Shown piece by piece: positions 21,216 to 34,149 of a stretch of DNA of 48,547 nt; the stretch's first letter is position 1, and every line of letters starts with the position of its first letter. The stretch lies in assembly GCF_001194135.2 (NCBI RefSeq), contig NC_068981.1, forward strand, positions 18,521,625-18,570,171, given 5' to 3'. Source of the stretch: Octopus bimaculoides (Eukaryota). The notes beneath the pieces were generated by a model. It searched no databases, was not told the DNA's origin, and saw only the letters and a program-made list of their open reading frames with translations. The translations under genes were made by a program, and so were the position numbers.

Positions 21216-21999
21216 TTCCAACAACAAATATTAAAGCAAGCATCGTAAGAACAGGATAAATACTTCTCTCTGGTCCTTCAGACGCATCAACACTTAGTAA
21301 CACTCTATAAAAACAAATTAAGTGAACTCAGGAGGACTGCAGAGAAATTATGTCTGCCGTCTACATCTCATTGAAAAACGAAAAATAAACAAAATAAAAA
21401 TTGCGACAAATCAAACAGAAAACNNNNNNNNNNNNNNNNNNNNNNNNNNNNNNNNNNNNNNNNNNNNNNNNNNNNNNNNNNNNNNNNNNNNNNNNNNNNN
21501 NNNNNNNNNNNNNNNNNNNNNNNNNNNNNNNNNNNNNNNNNNNNNNNNNNNNNNNNNNNNNNNNNNNNNNNNNNNNNNNNNNNNNNNNNNNNNNNNNNNN
21601 NNNNNNNNNNNNNNNNNNNNNNNNNNNNNNNNNNNNNNNNNNNNNNNNNNNNNNNNNNNNNNNNNNNNNNNNNNNNNNNNNNNNNNNNNNNNNNNNNNNN
21701 NNNNNNNNNNNNNNNNNNNNNNNNNNNNNNNNNNNNNNNNNNNNNNNNNNNNNNNNNNNNNNNNNNNNNNNNNNNNNNNNNNNNNNNNNNNNNNNNNNNN
21801 NNNNNNNNNNNNNNNNNNNNNNNNGTTCACAGCTGGGGTCTATATATTTCTTGGGGCCCCAATATAAGATTTTGTTGCTAAAATTTATCTGCAATAAATC
21901 GGTTATACTTCCGCAATATACAAAATATTTTAATTTTTTAAATACGATTTCTAATAATATCTAATCATGAAAAACATAAGATTTTTAAATACTGAATAG

Positions 22000-23150
22000 C
22001 CAGGAGGGTCCATCCGAGTAAAATAGGAATCAAAGGTGTCAATAGGGGGGGAAAAAAGAAAGAAAGAAAATCATTGATCTAGAAGAATAGAAATGAGGAG
22101 AGCTGTACATGCCTAGGCTTCTGTAAACTAGTAACTTAAGAAGGGAGGTAATCAAACGAGGAACTAAACGAAATAAAACAGTTTGTTCAGTATGATCAAG
22201 GCATGAATGCAGCACATAAAGAATCAGCCGAAGGAAGCCCAAAATAACGACAGAACGCTCTTGCAAAGAGAAGTGAAGCAAGAGAGCGAAAATGCAGGAA
22301 CTGGCATCAGAAGCCAAAATACCAATGAAGAATTAGATGAAGAGAATATCAATAAGGTAGAGAATGATCGTTTTCTAGAAGAGATTGTTGAAAACATTGT
22401 AATCATAAAGAAACTGTAAGTGAACTAACCAAGGTAGGCAACATAAACAAGACGAAAAGAGTAATAATGCTAAAAAATATTGAACAGAAACAGACGCAAC
22501 AATCTTATGAAGATGGGAAATGCTGCAATCAAAGACCTTTTCTACACAATTAAGCCTAATTTATCCGAACTCAATCAACTGGTTTATGTTTCAGCCAATC
22601 TAATTGAGTCACAATACTCGATCAATAAAAAGAGAGACAGACCTGTGCAACAGAAGAAACCTAAATAGAAAGAAAGGGTGAAGAAAGAAACAGAACGAAT
22701 GAGAGGAGAAATATCGATTGTGAAGGAACTTAGCTGGAACACAATGTGAAACCGAGGAAAGCAAGGAAGCTAAAACAAATAAGGGCAAAAGAAAATAGAA
22801 GATATATCACCGAAGAACAACTCAAAGGTGAGGGAATAAACGTGCTACAATTATTTAAAATAAAATAAAAGACAGAGGTAAATGCCAAAAACAAAATAAT
22901 AGCCATAAAGATACTGGTAATCGCGATTGTAACTTATTGTTTCAAAATTATCAATTCGGATATAACCGAAATTAAAAGAATAGATACAAAAACATCAGAA
23001 AATAACAAGCGTGCAATAAAATGCACCGTCCCAATGCAGATGTTGATCAACTGCACCTGTCGGGAAACAAGAGACACGAGAGAAAAATGATGTGGAGTGA
23101 ACTGTCATATAAGACACGGACTATTTTGGTTATCTATAAATGGCAGAAAA
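22000..23150 (+). mobile_element. Decayed R4/Dong-like LINE with large internal deletion
   Basis: N-terminal region includes ERMRGEISIVKEL (compare MRGEISILNEL at 2412); joined directly to RT C-terminal EIKRIDTK..MHRPNADVDQLHL. Confidence 0.7.
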
Positions 23151-23189
23151 TTTTGATGCTGCCACTGGCTCTAGACTGCGAAACATACG

Positions 23190-23260
<71 letters not shown>
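23190..23260. repeat. (CA)n microsatellite
   Basis: Visible directly. Confidence 0.97.
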
Positions 23261-23262
<2 letters not shown>

Positions 23263-24166
23263 ACAATATTTTGGTAAAAGAAAAGAAAAGGCAATTTGAT
23301 GGGATATTCAAATACGCAGAGACGAGGAGATAAAGCGAACCAACAGGACATCATAATAAACACACGAGATCTATGTCTTGTTCGCATGCTAATTATTGTA
23401 CATTGTCCGAATAACAATATTATCTGACTAAAGGAGGTGGAACAGTTCTTCAAATATATAAAGACCGAGAGACCGAAATAGCAAGAACATGGAATATGGA
23501 CAGAAAAATATCTCAGCCATTGTAGTTCTCAAAGTTATCAAGCGTGATATGGAGAAGAATAAAAAAAAACTTGAAGAATAGCCTGGGAGACCTTCCTGAG
23601 GTGAAGCTCCAAGGAGATGTCCATATTGTATACACAAAAACACAATTTGTGAAAGAAAATCTGCTCTGCTTCAGAACTGTAGAAAGGTTCCAGTAAAGTA
23701 TGTGTATCATTAATAGTTATACAGTGAATATGATCTGCGACTCCACTGTTGGATGTGCGAAGACCTGGAAAACACGAGTTCTCATCGGAAAGGGTATGCG
23801 GCCATAGTATACAGACCCAGGAAGACTCATCCACCCAATGCCACCGGATGTAAAAATGAAGGTGATAATTAAGATGATAACGACGACGATGATATTATAT
23901 GATGTTATAATATTAAACAGTTTAGAAACATAAATGAGGCATTTTTAATAATTCAAAGCTAGAAAATGTATATTTTATGAGATACGATATTAAAGATTCG
24001 TGTTTATTAATAAATAGTTTAATAGCATGGGAATTTGAAAGAACGAGATTTTAAGGAATTTATTAGAGGGCTGTATCTAAATGTATGTAACATGGCATAT
24101 CATGTTTCTGGATCGAAATAAACCTTATGATAATATTATTTTCCAACCTTTTGGACTTGATAAAGT

Positions 24167-25170
24167 ATCAGTGTCAGAAGATTTGAGACGTTTTCAGGTG
24201 AGATATTTATTAATTTCAAAGACATACAAAACTAATCTCCGGACTGATGCATTGTCCTGGTGCTGGTACTACCGACCAAGTGGAAGAGCTCCGGCCTTTT
24301 GCGACGAAATCTTTTCCTGAACTCTCTCAAAACCTCCACAAAGTACTTTATCTTGACCGACTGGCCAGGGGAACCCAGTGGATGTAGATGGTGCCTTTGC
24401 TGGTGGTCTTGCTTTGCCTGGCCTTCTTGGGTCTGGGATAGCTAGGATGCTTCTATTGAGCAATCTGTCTCTTGGTCTCTGGATCATAAGAGTAGATCCA
24501 GCTTTCGTTACAGGTCACCAAAGACTCAAGTACTCTTGCACTGGAGGTAATGAGCTCAACCACCTCCCTGCTGTCACCAACAACTGTTCGTCTCTGAGAA
24601 CAAATTTTGCACAAATTTTGCTCATATTCAGATTTTCATGAGTAATTTTGTGCGTGCAAGCTCCAAACAGTTTGGTGCTTGCAGGCACAAAATTCCTTGC
24701 TTATTGTTCTTATAGACACACGAACGTCTTCATTAAGGGAATCGCGAATTTTCTCAACCAGCTCTGATGTTCTGACATACTTCTCCCCACCCCACCTCTC
24801 ACCATCTTTCACCTTTTCACTACCGTACTTGAACCTCTTATGCCAACAAAAACAAATGCTCGGCTGATAAACAGTCTTCATGAGTTTCTGTAGCATTTTT
24901 CCTTGCTTAACACAAAACTTTATGGCATGGCGAGCTTCAAAACTGTCTTCACGTCCCGACTGCATTCTCTAAACTAGTCAGCTGTAACAAGAAGTATCTA
25001 ACAGGGTTTGTGCAAAATACTGTTACAGTATCTCCTTCAATCTGGAATAAAAAGTTGGCAGGTCAGTTTATTAAATGTATAGTAATGATATATTAAAATT
25101 ACAACAGCCTGGGAGAGTTATAACTGCCATTCCCTAAAAATGTCTCAAAACTTCTAGAATGGACCTCATA
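24167..25170 (-). mobile_element. mariner (DD34D-type) transposon, internally deleted, decayed
   Basis: Transposase from 24965 MQSGREDSFEARHAIKFCVKQG..WHKRFK..IRTISKE..SKICAKFV..VTCNESWIYSYDPETKRQ..PRPKKARQS; terminus TATGAGGTCCATTCTAGAAGTTTTGAGAC (minus, from 25170) partly echoed by CAGAAGATTTGAGACGTTTTCAGG at 24175-24198. Confidence 0.9.
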
Positions 25171-25840
25171 TATTGTGACTGACGAATAAGCTTTTAGCAA
25201 ATATTTTGTACACAACCCTCTTGTATCAGTGAATATTGCGTAATTAGTTTCATTTGTATCGGATCCTTACAGTAACATTCGTTATTCCTATCCACTAGAA
25301 CTCCTTCAACGCAGGCCTTAAAGGGAAAACACATTTTAAATGGAGAAATATGAAGAAAACATTGCAGTTATCAGGTATCAGCCATATCAGCCTTGGATTT
25401 GTTTCTCATCTTCTTTAAGTCTTTTGAGTTCTATTTCCATGGAAACTGCTACAATTGGAAGTGGGAATTGTCGGTAAAAACTGACCATAAAAGATTTTCG
25501 GCAAGTTCGTTACACTTGACTTTGAATACTCTGAGTATGTTGGTATCAGGTGACCACAAGTGACCCTAAATGATCAGTTATGGTTTTACATGGATGGCTT
25601 TCAGTATAATAAAAAGAAATTGACCGTGGTCGCTTATGAGTCAATTGGAAAGAGAGAAAAGGCTCACAGATAATTTTGGAAAAATTTGTAACTTCTGATA
25701 AACAACAGAATAGAGCGCATTGTTTTCAGTGTTAGTATTTTTTGGAGCTGGTTGCTAACGCTTTTACAATATTTTTGGTAATTAGAAAGCACTTAATTTT
25801 CAGTTCTACATTAAAGAGATGAGGAATTATGTAAATTTTT

Positions 25841-26110
<270 letters not shown>

Positions 26111-26654
26111 TCCTAAGAAAATATTAGATTTATAAGCCCTAAAAATTCACTCCATAATTGCCCACGGGCATATGGCGCGGGCNNNNNNNNNNNNNNNNNN
26201 NNNNNNNNNNNNNNNNNNNNNNNNNNNNNNNNNNNNNNNNNNNNNNNNNNNNNNNNNNNNNNNNNNNNNNNNNNNNNNNNNNNNNNNNNNNNNNNNNNNN
26301 NNNNNNNNNNNNNNNNNNNNNNNNNNNNNNNNNNNNNNNNNNNNNNNNNNNNNNNNNNNNNNNNNNNNNNNNNNNNNNNNNNNNNNNNNNNNNNNNNNNN
26401 NNNNNNNNNNNNNNNNNNNNNNNNNNNNNNNNNNNNNNNNNNNNNNNNNNNNNNNNNNNNNNNNNNNNNNNNNNNNNNNNNNNNNNNNNNNNNNNNNNNN
26501 NNNNNNNNNNNNNNNNNNNNNNNNNNNNNNNNNNNNNNNNNNNNNNNNNNNNNNNNNNNNNNNNNNNNNNNNNNNNNNNNNNNNNNNNNNNNNNNNNNNN
26601 NNNNNNNNNNNNNNNNNNNNNNNNNNNNNNNNNNNNNNNNNNNNNNNNNNNNNN

Positions 26655-28024
26655 GGGGGGGGGGCAGAGAGGACGGACGTTTTTGAAAAATTCGCAAAAT
26701 CATTAATTTTAGCTGCAAACAAATTTTATTGACAGCAATTTGTTCGTCTTGAATTTGTCAAAATTAAGTGTGGAAAAGAACATCCATCATATGGTGTCCA
26801 TTTTCATTGCTGCATTTCTGAAAGCATTCTTGGAAGATGGTCTCCACGCACTCCAGCTTCGCTCTGTCGATTTGGACGTCTTCCACGCGAATAGCTTCCT
26901 TCAAATCGTCCTATGTACGGGGCTTATGTACACACACAGCTGTTTTGAGGTCTCCCCACAAGAAATAATCACATATTAACAAATCAGGGGACCGAGAGGG
27001 CCAAGGAATATCAGCAAACCTGGAAATGAGATGGTCACCGAAGAGAGGGCGAAGAATGTCCATTGATGCTCTGGCTGTGCAGGCCATCACCCAATCCTGC
27101 TGAAGCTACACACGTCGAATAGGCATACGTTTTCGTCGTAATTCAGGCACATAGAAGTTCTTTATCATCTCGATGTAACACTCGGAGTTCATAGTAAAAA
27201 ACATTTCCATTATTGTCTTCAAAAAAGTAAGGACCAATAACGACAGCTTTTCCAATAGTACACCAGACTGTCACTTTGGGATGTGCAGTGGTCTTTCGTA
27301 CAGTTCTCTCGGATTTTCAAGAGCCCAATAACGACAGTTCTGTTGATTCATCATGCCATTGAGATGAAAACAAGCTTCATCACTCATTAACAAAATGAGG
27401 TTGTAATTCGCCTCAAAAAATTGCTTCCATCTGACGTGCAAAGTTAAGCCGCTGTACATAGTCCCATCGTTTCAACTGTTGCCCAGTGACCAATTCATAC
27501 GGGGGGAAATGCAGGTCTTCATGCAAAATACGCCTTACCGATTGACTACCGATGCCAAGTTCAGTAGAATGTTTTCGAGCAGAGCGATTCGGACTCCGTA
27601 ACAAAGCTTGTCCGACGCGTTTCACATTTTCCGGTGTTCGTACCATTCGTGGAGCCCCCACCGGTTTCCTATTCATTAGTGTATCTCGTGGCGCCCCCAC
27701 CGGTCCCCTATTCATTAGTGTATCTATTCACCCAATATAAGATTGTGTTACTGCTGGGAACAGTCTGATTTCGGTGAATGTTAAAGTGGCGACGAAACTC
27801 ACGCTGAACTGCTGTGACAGACTCGTTATTCTTCACGTAACTGTCGTAGACAAACACGCGATGCTCCATCGTCTACAGAACCATAGCATCACCTGAAAAG
27901 AAAAGAAAAAAAAAAACAATGCGAAGGCACCACAAACCGGAAGGCATCTGTCGGATATATGTCCCTCCTCCTCGAGCTGAGTAATAGCCATTTCAAAAAC
28001 GTCCGTCCTCTCTGCTCCACCCCG
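26655..28024 (-). mobile_element. Tc1/mariner superfamily DD41D (rosa/Visitor-like) transposon, both TIRs present, transposase decayed
   Basis: TIR core GCAGAGAGGACGGACGTTTTTGAAA at 26664-26688 and its reverse complement at 27991-28015, TA at 28025-28026. MEHRVFVYDSYVKNNESVTAVQREFRRHF (N-terminal HTH), MSDEACFHLNG..NCRYWALENP, and QQD-(41 aa, includes WPSRSPDL)-D. Confidence 0.93.
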
Positions 28025-30169
28025 TATAAAATGGCAGTGAGTGATCACACGCAGTTTTAGGCAGCTTGGTAACAGTTGTCCAAACACTGCATGTAGATAG
28101 TTAGCGATTTTAAAGTATTATATCAGTGTAAGTTAATGTCCCTTATGGCAGGTGATCTGAGTGTGTCATAGGGATGACGGTTCAAGAAGCACTGGATTAG
28201 TAACCTAATCTTGAAATCTGTTATATTAATCAGAAAATATTACCTAAGGAAAACAATGAGATCGGTTTTAGAACAGTGCTTTATACTAATACCATTTTCT
28301 CGAGAAAATATATTTCCACACCATCTCAGTTACCTCAGTTACCTTGACATTTGTTGTATTAATCAATGAAAATCAATTTTGTGCAATGATGACCTCTTAG
28401 CTCCAACTTGATTCTTCTAACACAACCAACANNNNNNNNNNNNNNNNNNNNNNNNNNNNNNNNNNNNNNNNNNNNNNNNNNNNNNNNNNNNNNNNNNNNN
28501 NNNNNNNNNNNNNNNNNNNNNNNNNNNNNNNNNNNNNNNNNNNNNNNNNNNNNTTAGACAATCAAGGGGAAAAAATATCACAATAAACTTGACTTTTTTT
28601 TTTCATTTTCATGATTCAAAGTAATTAAAACTGTTTTTTTAATGAAAACAAACAAAAGCAAAATATTTAAATATTCATCATTATTTTGTGAAGTTAATTT
28701 TCTGTAGCTATGATTTATAGGATGATTGCTACAGCTTCCCATATTACTCTTTTGATTGAGGGTCTTTTATTTTATTATCATCATGCCTGAAGAAAAAGGG
28801 CACTGACCACAGCTTACAGGTGTCCTCTAAGATCAGAAGGTGAATCAGATTGCTACGGTTTGTTTCAAGTAATTCAAATAACAAAGAAAAAAAATTCTCA
28901 AGGAGCTTTGATGTTGGTTGGAGAGGATTGTCTATATTTATATAAAATATGTTATAGCATAAGACTACCATGAAAACAGTTGTTTGGTAGTTATGACAAT
29001 TCTTTTTCTTTAAGTATGACTTTCTAATTGATAGAAATCTTACATGGGGCTGTCTTATAAATAGCATTTTTAGAAAAGACAGTCTGATATTAAGCATTCT
29101 TAGATATGATTGTCTAATAGATAGACTTCCGTTTACATGTACTGAATATCATATTTAACCTCTTTACAACTGAACCATTAATAATTGATATCATTCTAAT
29201 TCTGTTTATTGCAATTGGTCCTTCTTCCTTTTTAGACTGATTAGTGATATTTGTTGTTTCTACAGAAATATAAAACCACACACGGAACCAAATCTATGTT
29301 TGTTTTGAGCTTATCTAATTGATGTCTCACAAAATAATGTTATATTAAATCAGCGTCTGATATCCAATTAAAATCTAAACTATTTCTGTAACTGCCTGTC
29401 AATTTTTAAGAATCAAAGCGACTGTAGTCAGGTTTTATAGCCAGAAGATTGCGTGGATCCACACTGAAAGAATTACACAAATGGATTCTTCAGGAACATA
29501 CACAACGTAATGAATACCAATACTAATTTCTCAATTCCTTAAAGCTAAATACAAGAGGGAAAGAAATTGAGATAATTGGAATGGAAAAACCGAGGATTTG
29601 TATGTCAGCCATTACAGATGTGGATCCTGACCTGTCATCAGTTAATTTGCCACATTACTAACACTATAAAGTTAATCTGCCGTATGACAAGAAGACTTGA
29701 ATAACAAATATTACAGTATTTAGTTGCATGAAGCTGCTGTCACTGTGATTTTGATGTTCATTTCTCTGTTGCGGTGAGTAATTGATACAAATGCTTGACT
29801 GACAAATTAGTTCCCCATAAATAGCCACCAGACGGTTCGTCTCTCTGTCGGTAAGGCCAGAGAACAGGAAAGTGAATACGACCAATAACGCCGTCTCTTT
29901 GTCTGTCAACTGTTACGGTTGCTCAGATCTCTGTCATGTGTTGGCGATTTTATGCTTTGCTGCATTTCGTGGCAGAGGTGTCCATATAAAGTGTTTCCCC
30001 TTCATTGCCAGCGGTCTATAGTGCCAGTGAACCAAAGACTTGTGGTAAACGAAGGATTAGAGAAATGTTAAGAAGGCATAAAACAATTTGGGAAATTCTA
30101 TATTTACAAATCTCTTAAATATCAGTGATTTTGATCTGTTGATGCATCTTGATTCAATATTGGTAACAA

Positions 30170-30432
30170 TGACAGGAACAGCAACAACAATTACAACACA
30201 GAAGCTGCGACAACAACACAGTAGCAGCGACAGCAGAAGCAGCAACAACAGCAGCAGTAGTAGAAGCAGCGGCAGCAGCAGTAGCAGCAGCAACACCAGC
30301 AGCGGCGACAGAAACAACTGCAGCGGCTCAACAACCATAGTAACACAGTAGCAGCAAGGACAGTAGCAACGAAAACAACAACGATAGCCGCAGCAGCAGC
30401 AGCAGCAACAACAACAACAACAACAACAACTG
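30170..30432. repeat. (CAA)n/(CAG)n imperfect compound microsatellite
   Basis: Visible directly. Confidence 0.92.
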
Positions 30433-30449
30433 CAAAAAAAAATCATTTT

Positions 30450-30661
30450 ATTTTACTGTAGGCAGAAGGCCTGGAATTTTGGGGGTGGGGTAGCTGATTA
30501 CACCGTCCCTATTGATCATTTTGTACTTTTTTTTATCAACCCCAAACGGATGAAAGGCAAGATCGATATCGATGAAATTTGTACTTAGAACGTAAAGACG
30601 GACGAAATGCCGCTAAGCATTTTGTCCGGCCTGTTAAAGATTCTGTCAGTTCACCGCCTTA
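30450..30661 (-). mobile_element. SINE family 1 (tail A), older and decayed
   Basis: Minus strand TAAGGCGGTGAACTGACAGAATC...AAGTACAAATTTC...CAGGCCTTCTGCC. Confidence 0.82.
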
Positions 30662-31257
30662 ACAATAACAACAACAATTATGACATCAGCAACAACACAT
30701 GAGAAAGAGGAAGCCTCTACGCTGTTGCTTAGCTTGCAAGAAATAGTAGCCAAATTCCACTCAAATCACATTCCACCATCGTAAAAAATAAAGAACATAT
30801 TCAGTAATACGGTCTTTTATTAACTATGCCTCAGGAAAACATGGAATGGTCAGGATAGGAGCGTCTTTGATCATAGATTTGCTCAATCTGATCTGGAGGT
30901 AAACAACAGCAATGATAAATACATGTGCAAACGAGGGAGCCTCTACGCGGTCGTCGAGTCTGTTGCTAAGGATCATGAGATCACTCTCATATCACATTCT
31001 GCTGTCTTTAAAACGGGAACACAAGTTATCTCAGGTTATGGCTATTTCGTGTTACAGGATTCAGTGGTTACGGAAATTTCAAAGTATAGCGCTAATTTGG
31101 GAATACGAACTGAAATTTCGCTTTTACGGAAACTGGAATAAATTAAAAAAAAATTTTAAACCACACTTTCTTTTTTAGACAAAACACGGCTTCTCGACGT
31201 ATCAGCAAAGACGAAAGCAGTTAATTTGAAAACTAGAAACACAACATAGAGAGACAG

Positions 31258-31259
<2 letters not shown>

Positions 31260-31330
<71 letters not shown>

Positions 31331-31407
31331 GTATAAACAGTTACGGAGTATGAGGGGAATATTTATAATGAATCTGTGCGTATTTGAGTTTCTTCCCACC
31401 GCTTACT

Positions 31408-31444
<37 letters not shown>

Positions 31445-31445
31445 C

Positions 31446-31496
<51 letters not shown>

Positions 31497-31527
31497 CATC
31501 TATCTATCTATCTATCTATCTATCTAT
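31260..31527. repeat. (TG)n (31260-31323) and (TCTA)n (~31409-31527) microsatellites
   Basis: Visible directly. Confidence 0.95.
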
Positions 31528-31532
31528 AAAAA

Positions 31533-31933
31533 GTAATCATGATCTCTAACTTAACCGAGATTACCGCTTACTTCTGTCGCCATTAATCATTTTTTAATAA
31601 ACCGACTAGCTATTTGCGATATCAGTGCCTCAATAGACACTGATATTCTATATATCGTTGACGGGAGATTCAGCTGTTATCGTGCTGCTGGGTATCTGTG
31701 ACTGAGGAACCCATAGTAGGGTGAAACCACGTGATCTGGTAATTCTGGCGGGCGTAGCAGACGATTTTCGGCAGTCAATGATATAATTTCGAGTGCATTT
31801 ATGCACCTCAGGCACTTTTCAGAGATTCGCTCAAGGTAAATAACGCCTGATTTTTTTGTTCTAACACACCTTCCACGTTCGTAAAGTTTGAGATCATGAT
31901 TACCGTTTGATATTAATACTGCTTCTGTCGCTA

Positions 31934-31938
<5 letters not shown>
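31533..31938 (+). other. Non-coding module with terminal inverted repeat, direct repeat, hairpin and hammerhead-like core
   Basis: IR 31533-31552/31884-31903 (19/20); DR 31571-31587/31922-31938 (16/17); CTGAGGA-ACCC..GGGT-GAAA-CCACGTGA-TC at 31702-31736. Confidence 0.55.
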
Positions 31939-31975
<37 letters not shown>

Positions 31976-32299
31976 AATAAGATAGAGTCAAGAAGAAGGA
32001 GTACAGTTAGACAGTTATTTAATAATCATGATACATATTTCCGTACAACATCGATCTTCCTATATACATGATTTAAATTATGCAACGGTTTTCCTGTATA
32101 ATGGGATCCAGCTGTATTTCTTCTGGCGATACACAATTGCTGTCCCCGTTGGTTACAAAGCAAAACCTTCGACTGCGATGTTAACACATCCATCTGCCTA
32201 AACGTAAACTTGGAAGTATACCGTAATACTACCGGTTATTTGGTAATTCTACGGGTGAACGGGCTCTATTTGTACTCTGCTACATTTCTAACGTAATAC

Positions 32300-32718
32300 A
32301 CCTTCATACATACACACACACACGCACCCACATACACACACACACACACAAACAAACACACAAACAAACACACACACACACACACAAACACATATACTTT
32401 TAATATAAGGATAAATTTTATTAAAACATTTTTATCAGTGGCCACCATATGAAAAATACCTTTTAAGGTGAAAATTATAGATTGTATTTATAAACATGTG
32501 TATATATATGTATACATGCATACATATATACAAACATACATGCATACATACATACATATATATATATATATGTATATATATACATGTGTATATATATATG
32601 CATATATATATATGTATATATATATCTATATATCTATATATATATGTGTATGTGTATATATGTATATATATATATATATATATATACATATATGTTTATG
32701 TATATGTGTATATGTATG

Positions 32719-32755
<37 letters not shown>

Positions 32756-32770
32756 GTGTATATATATGTA
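32300..32770. repeat. (CA)n and long (TA)n/(TATG)n microsatellite fields
   Basis: Visible at 32300-32395 and 32490-32770. Confidence 0.92.
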
Positions 32771-33149
32771 GGTATAGGAAAATGATGATATATATGCATA
32801 TCAACCCTCACTACCACCGCTCTCTATCTTCAGAACCAACAGAGACACCATCAACACCAAAATCAATACATCACCAACCCACTAACTCCTTAATGGCAAG
32901 CAACAACTGCAACAATAACACAAACAAAATAATGAAATCTGTCTAAAAAAAAAAAATTTAGAAAAAGCAAAAATATCAATCATACGAGATAAGAATGTCC
33001 TGTAGGGTGTTTAAAATTCTGAATGAAATGGCTGAGAAAGGTGAACGGAATGAGAGTGAAGAAGATTGTGAAAAATGGAGGGAAAATAATATATGCATGT
33101 GAGCGTATATGTATGTGTTTTCTTTAAGATTTATTTAAGATTTCGTTTT

Positions 33150-33770
33150 TATTTGGGCAATTCAAGCTGGCTACTAACCAAGTGGCAAGGCTCTTTCGTT
33201 CCAGTTACGGCAAGTACTGGGAGTGTTTGTGGTCGTCTGAATTGATTGATGTGTGTATATGCATATCTGTGCTCATGAATAATTTGTATTTGTGTGGTGG
33301 ATATGCATTTCACTTTAACTAAACTATGCTGGTATTTATGCTTCACTCTTATGTGTGTTCATGCATTCCATATGTATACGTGGATATGTACGTATGTTCG
33401 GTTCAGGAAATTTTTATGGGAGTTGGGTCCCTGGGGCATTTTACATGTTTTTCATGTTTGGCATAGGAAATTCAATAGTGGGTATTGATGAATTTTTTAA
33501 AGTTTTATTTAAGTTCTTAAGACAATCCAAGTCAGTCGTTAACAAAATGACAAAATTTTTGAGTTAAGAGAGTTCCCGGTGTTTGTAAATATGTGGTTGA
33601 GTTGGTGTGTTGGTTGAGCTGTCGATGCACACATCCAAGTGTATGCATCTATTCACCTAAAGAATCTCAAATGGAGAAATCTTTGGTATGTCTAACAACT
33701 CTTCATTGTGTCATTAATAGATTGGATTTGGAAAACCTGCGGTAGTTCTTTTGCTCTTTCTGTGTAAATT
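33150..33770 (-). mobile_element. Possible PLE C-terminal relic
   Basis: Minus frame FVILLTTDLD..LNKTLKNSSIPTIEFPMPNMKN..STCRNW..LPLG loosely resembles the SYSCMPN...CxCR..CPLxG region of C-terminal-EN PLEs; heavily decayed. Confidence 0.25.
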
Positions 33771-33775
33771 TGTTG

Positions 33776-34109
33776 GTACGTAACCTAATCTACCTACGAT
33801 TATAAGTACAAATAAGAATTCTTATCCTCATAGGTACATTAGGTTACGTACCGTTGTGTGCATACGTCAGTGAGTGTGGATCAAAAGAGAAGAGCCATGG
33901 GGTAGCTAGCTGACCATATGGACACAAGCTGGGATCTGATCAGCCCCAGCTGGGTCACCAGGAGAAGGGTGTATGATGTAGAAAGACCCGAAACACCCGA
34001 TGATACCAGGCACATCACTGAAGATGTGTCCTGATGCATCAGTCATTGATGTATGCACACAACAGTAAGTAACCTAATGTACCTATTATGATAGGTGCAA
34101 ATAAGAATT
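33776..34109. other. Non-coding module with nested 43-bp inverted and 45-bp direct repeats
   Basis: IR 33831-33873/34043-34085 (39/43); DR 33776-33820/34065-34109 (38/45). Confidence 0.75.
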
Positions 34110-34149
34110 TATACCCAGAGTACAAGAGTTGTAAGTTCTGCATTAATTC

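Noticed and set aside
28294-28309. Perfect 16-bp palindrome ATTTTCTCGAGAAAAT
   Set aside because: Isolated, AT-rich, and not unexpected once in 48 kb; no associated element
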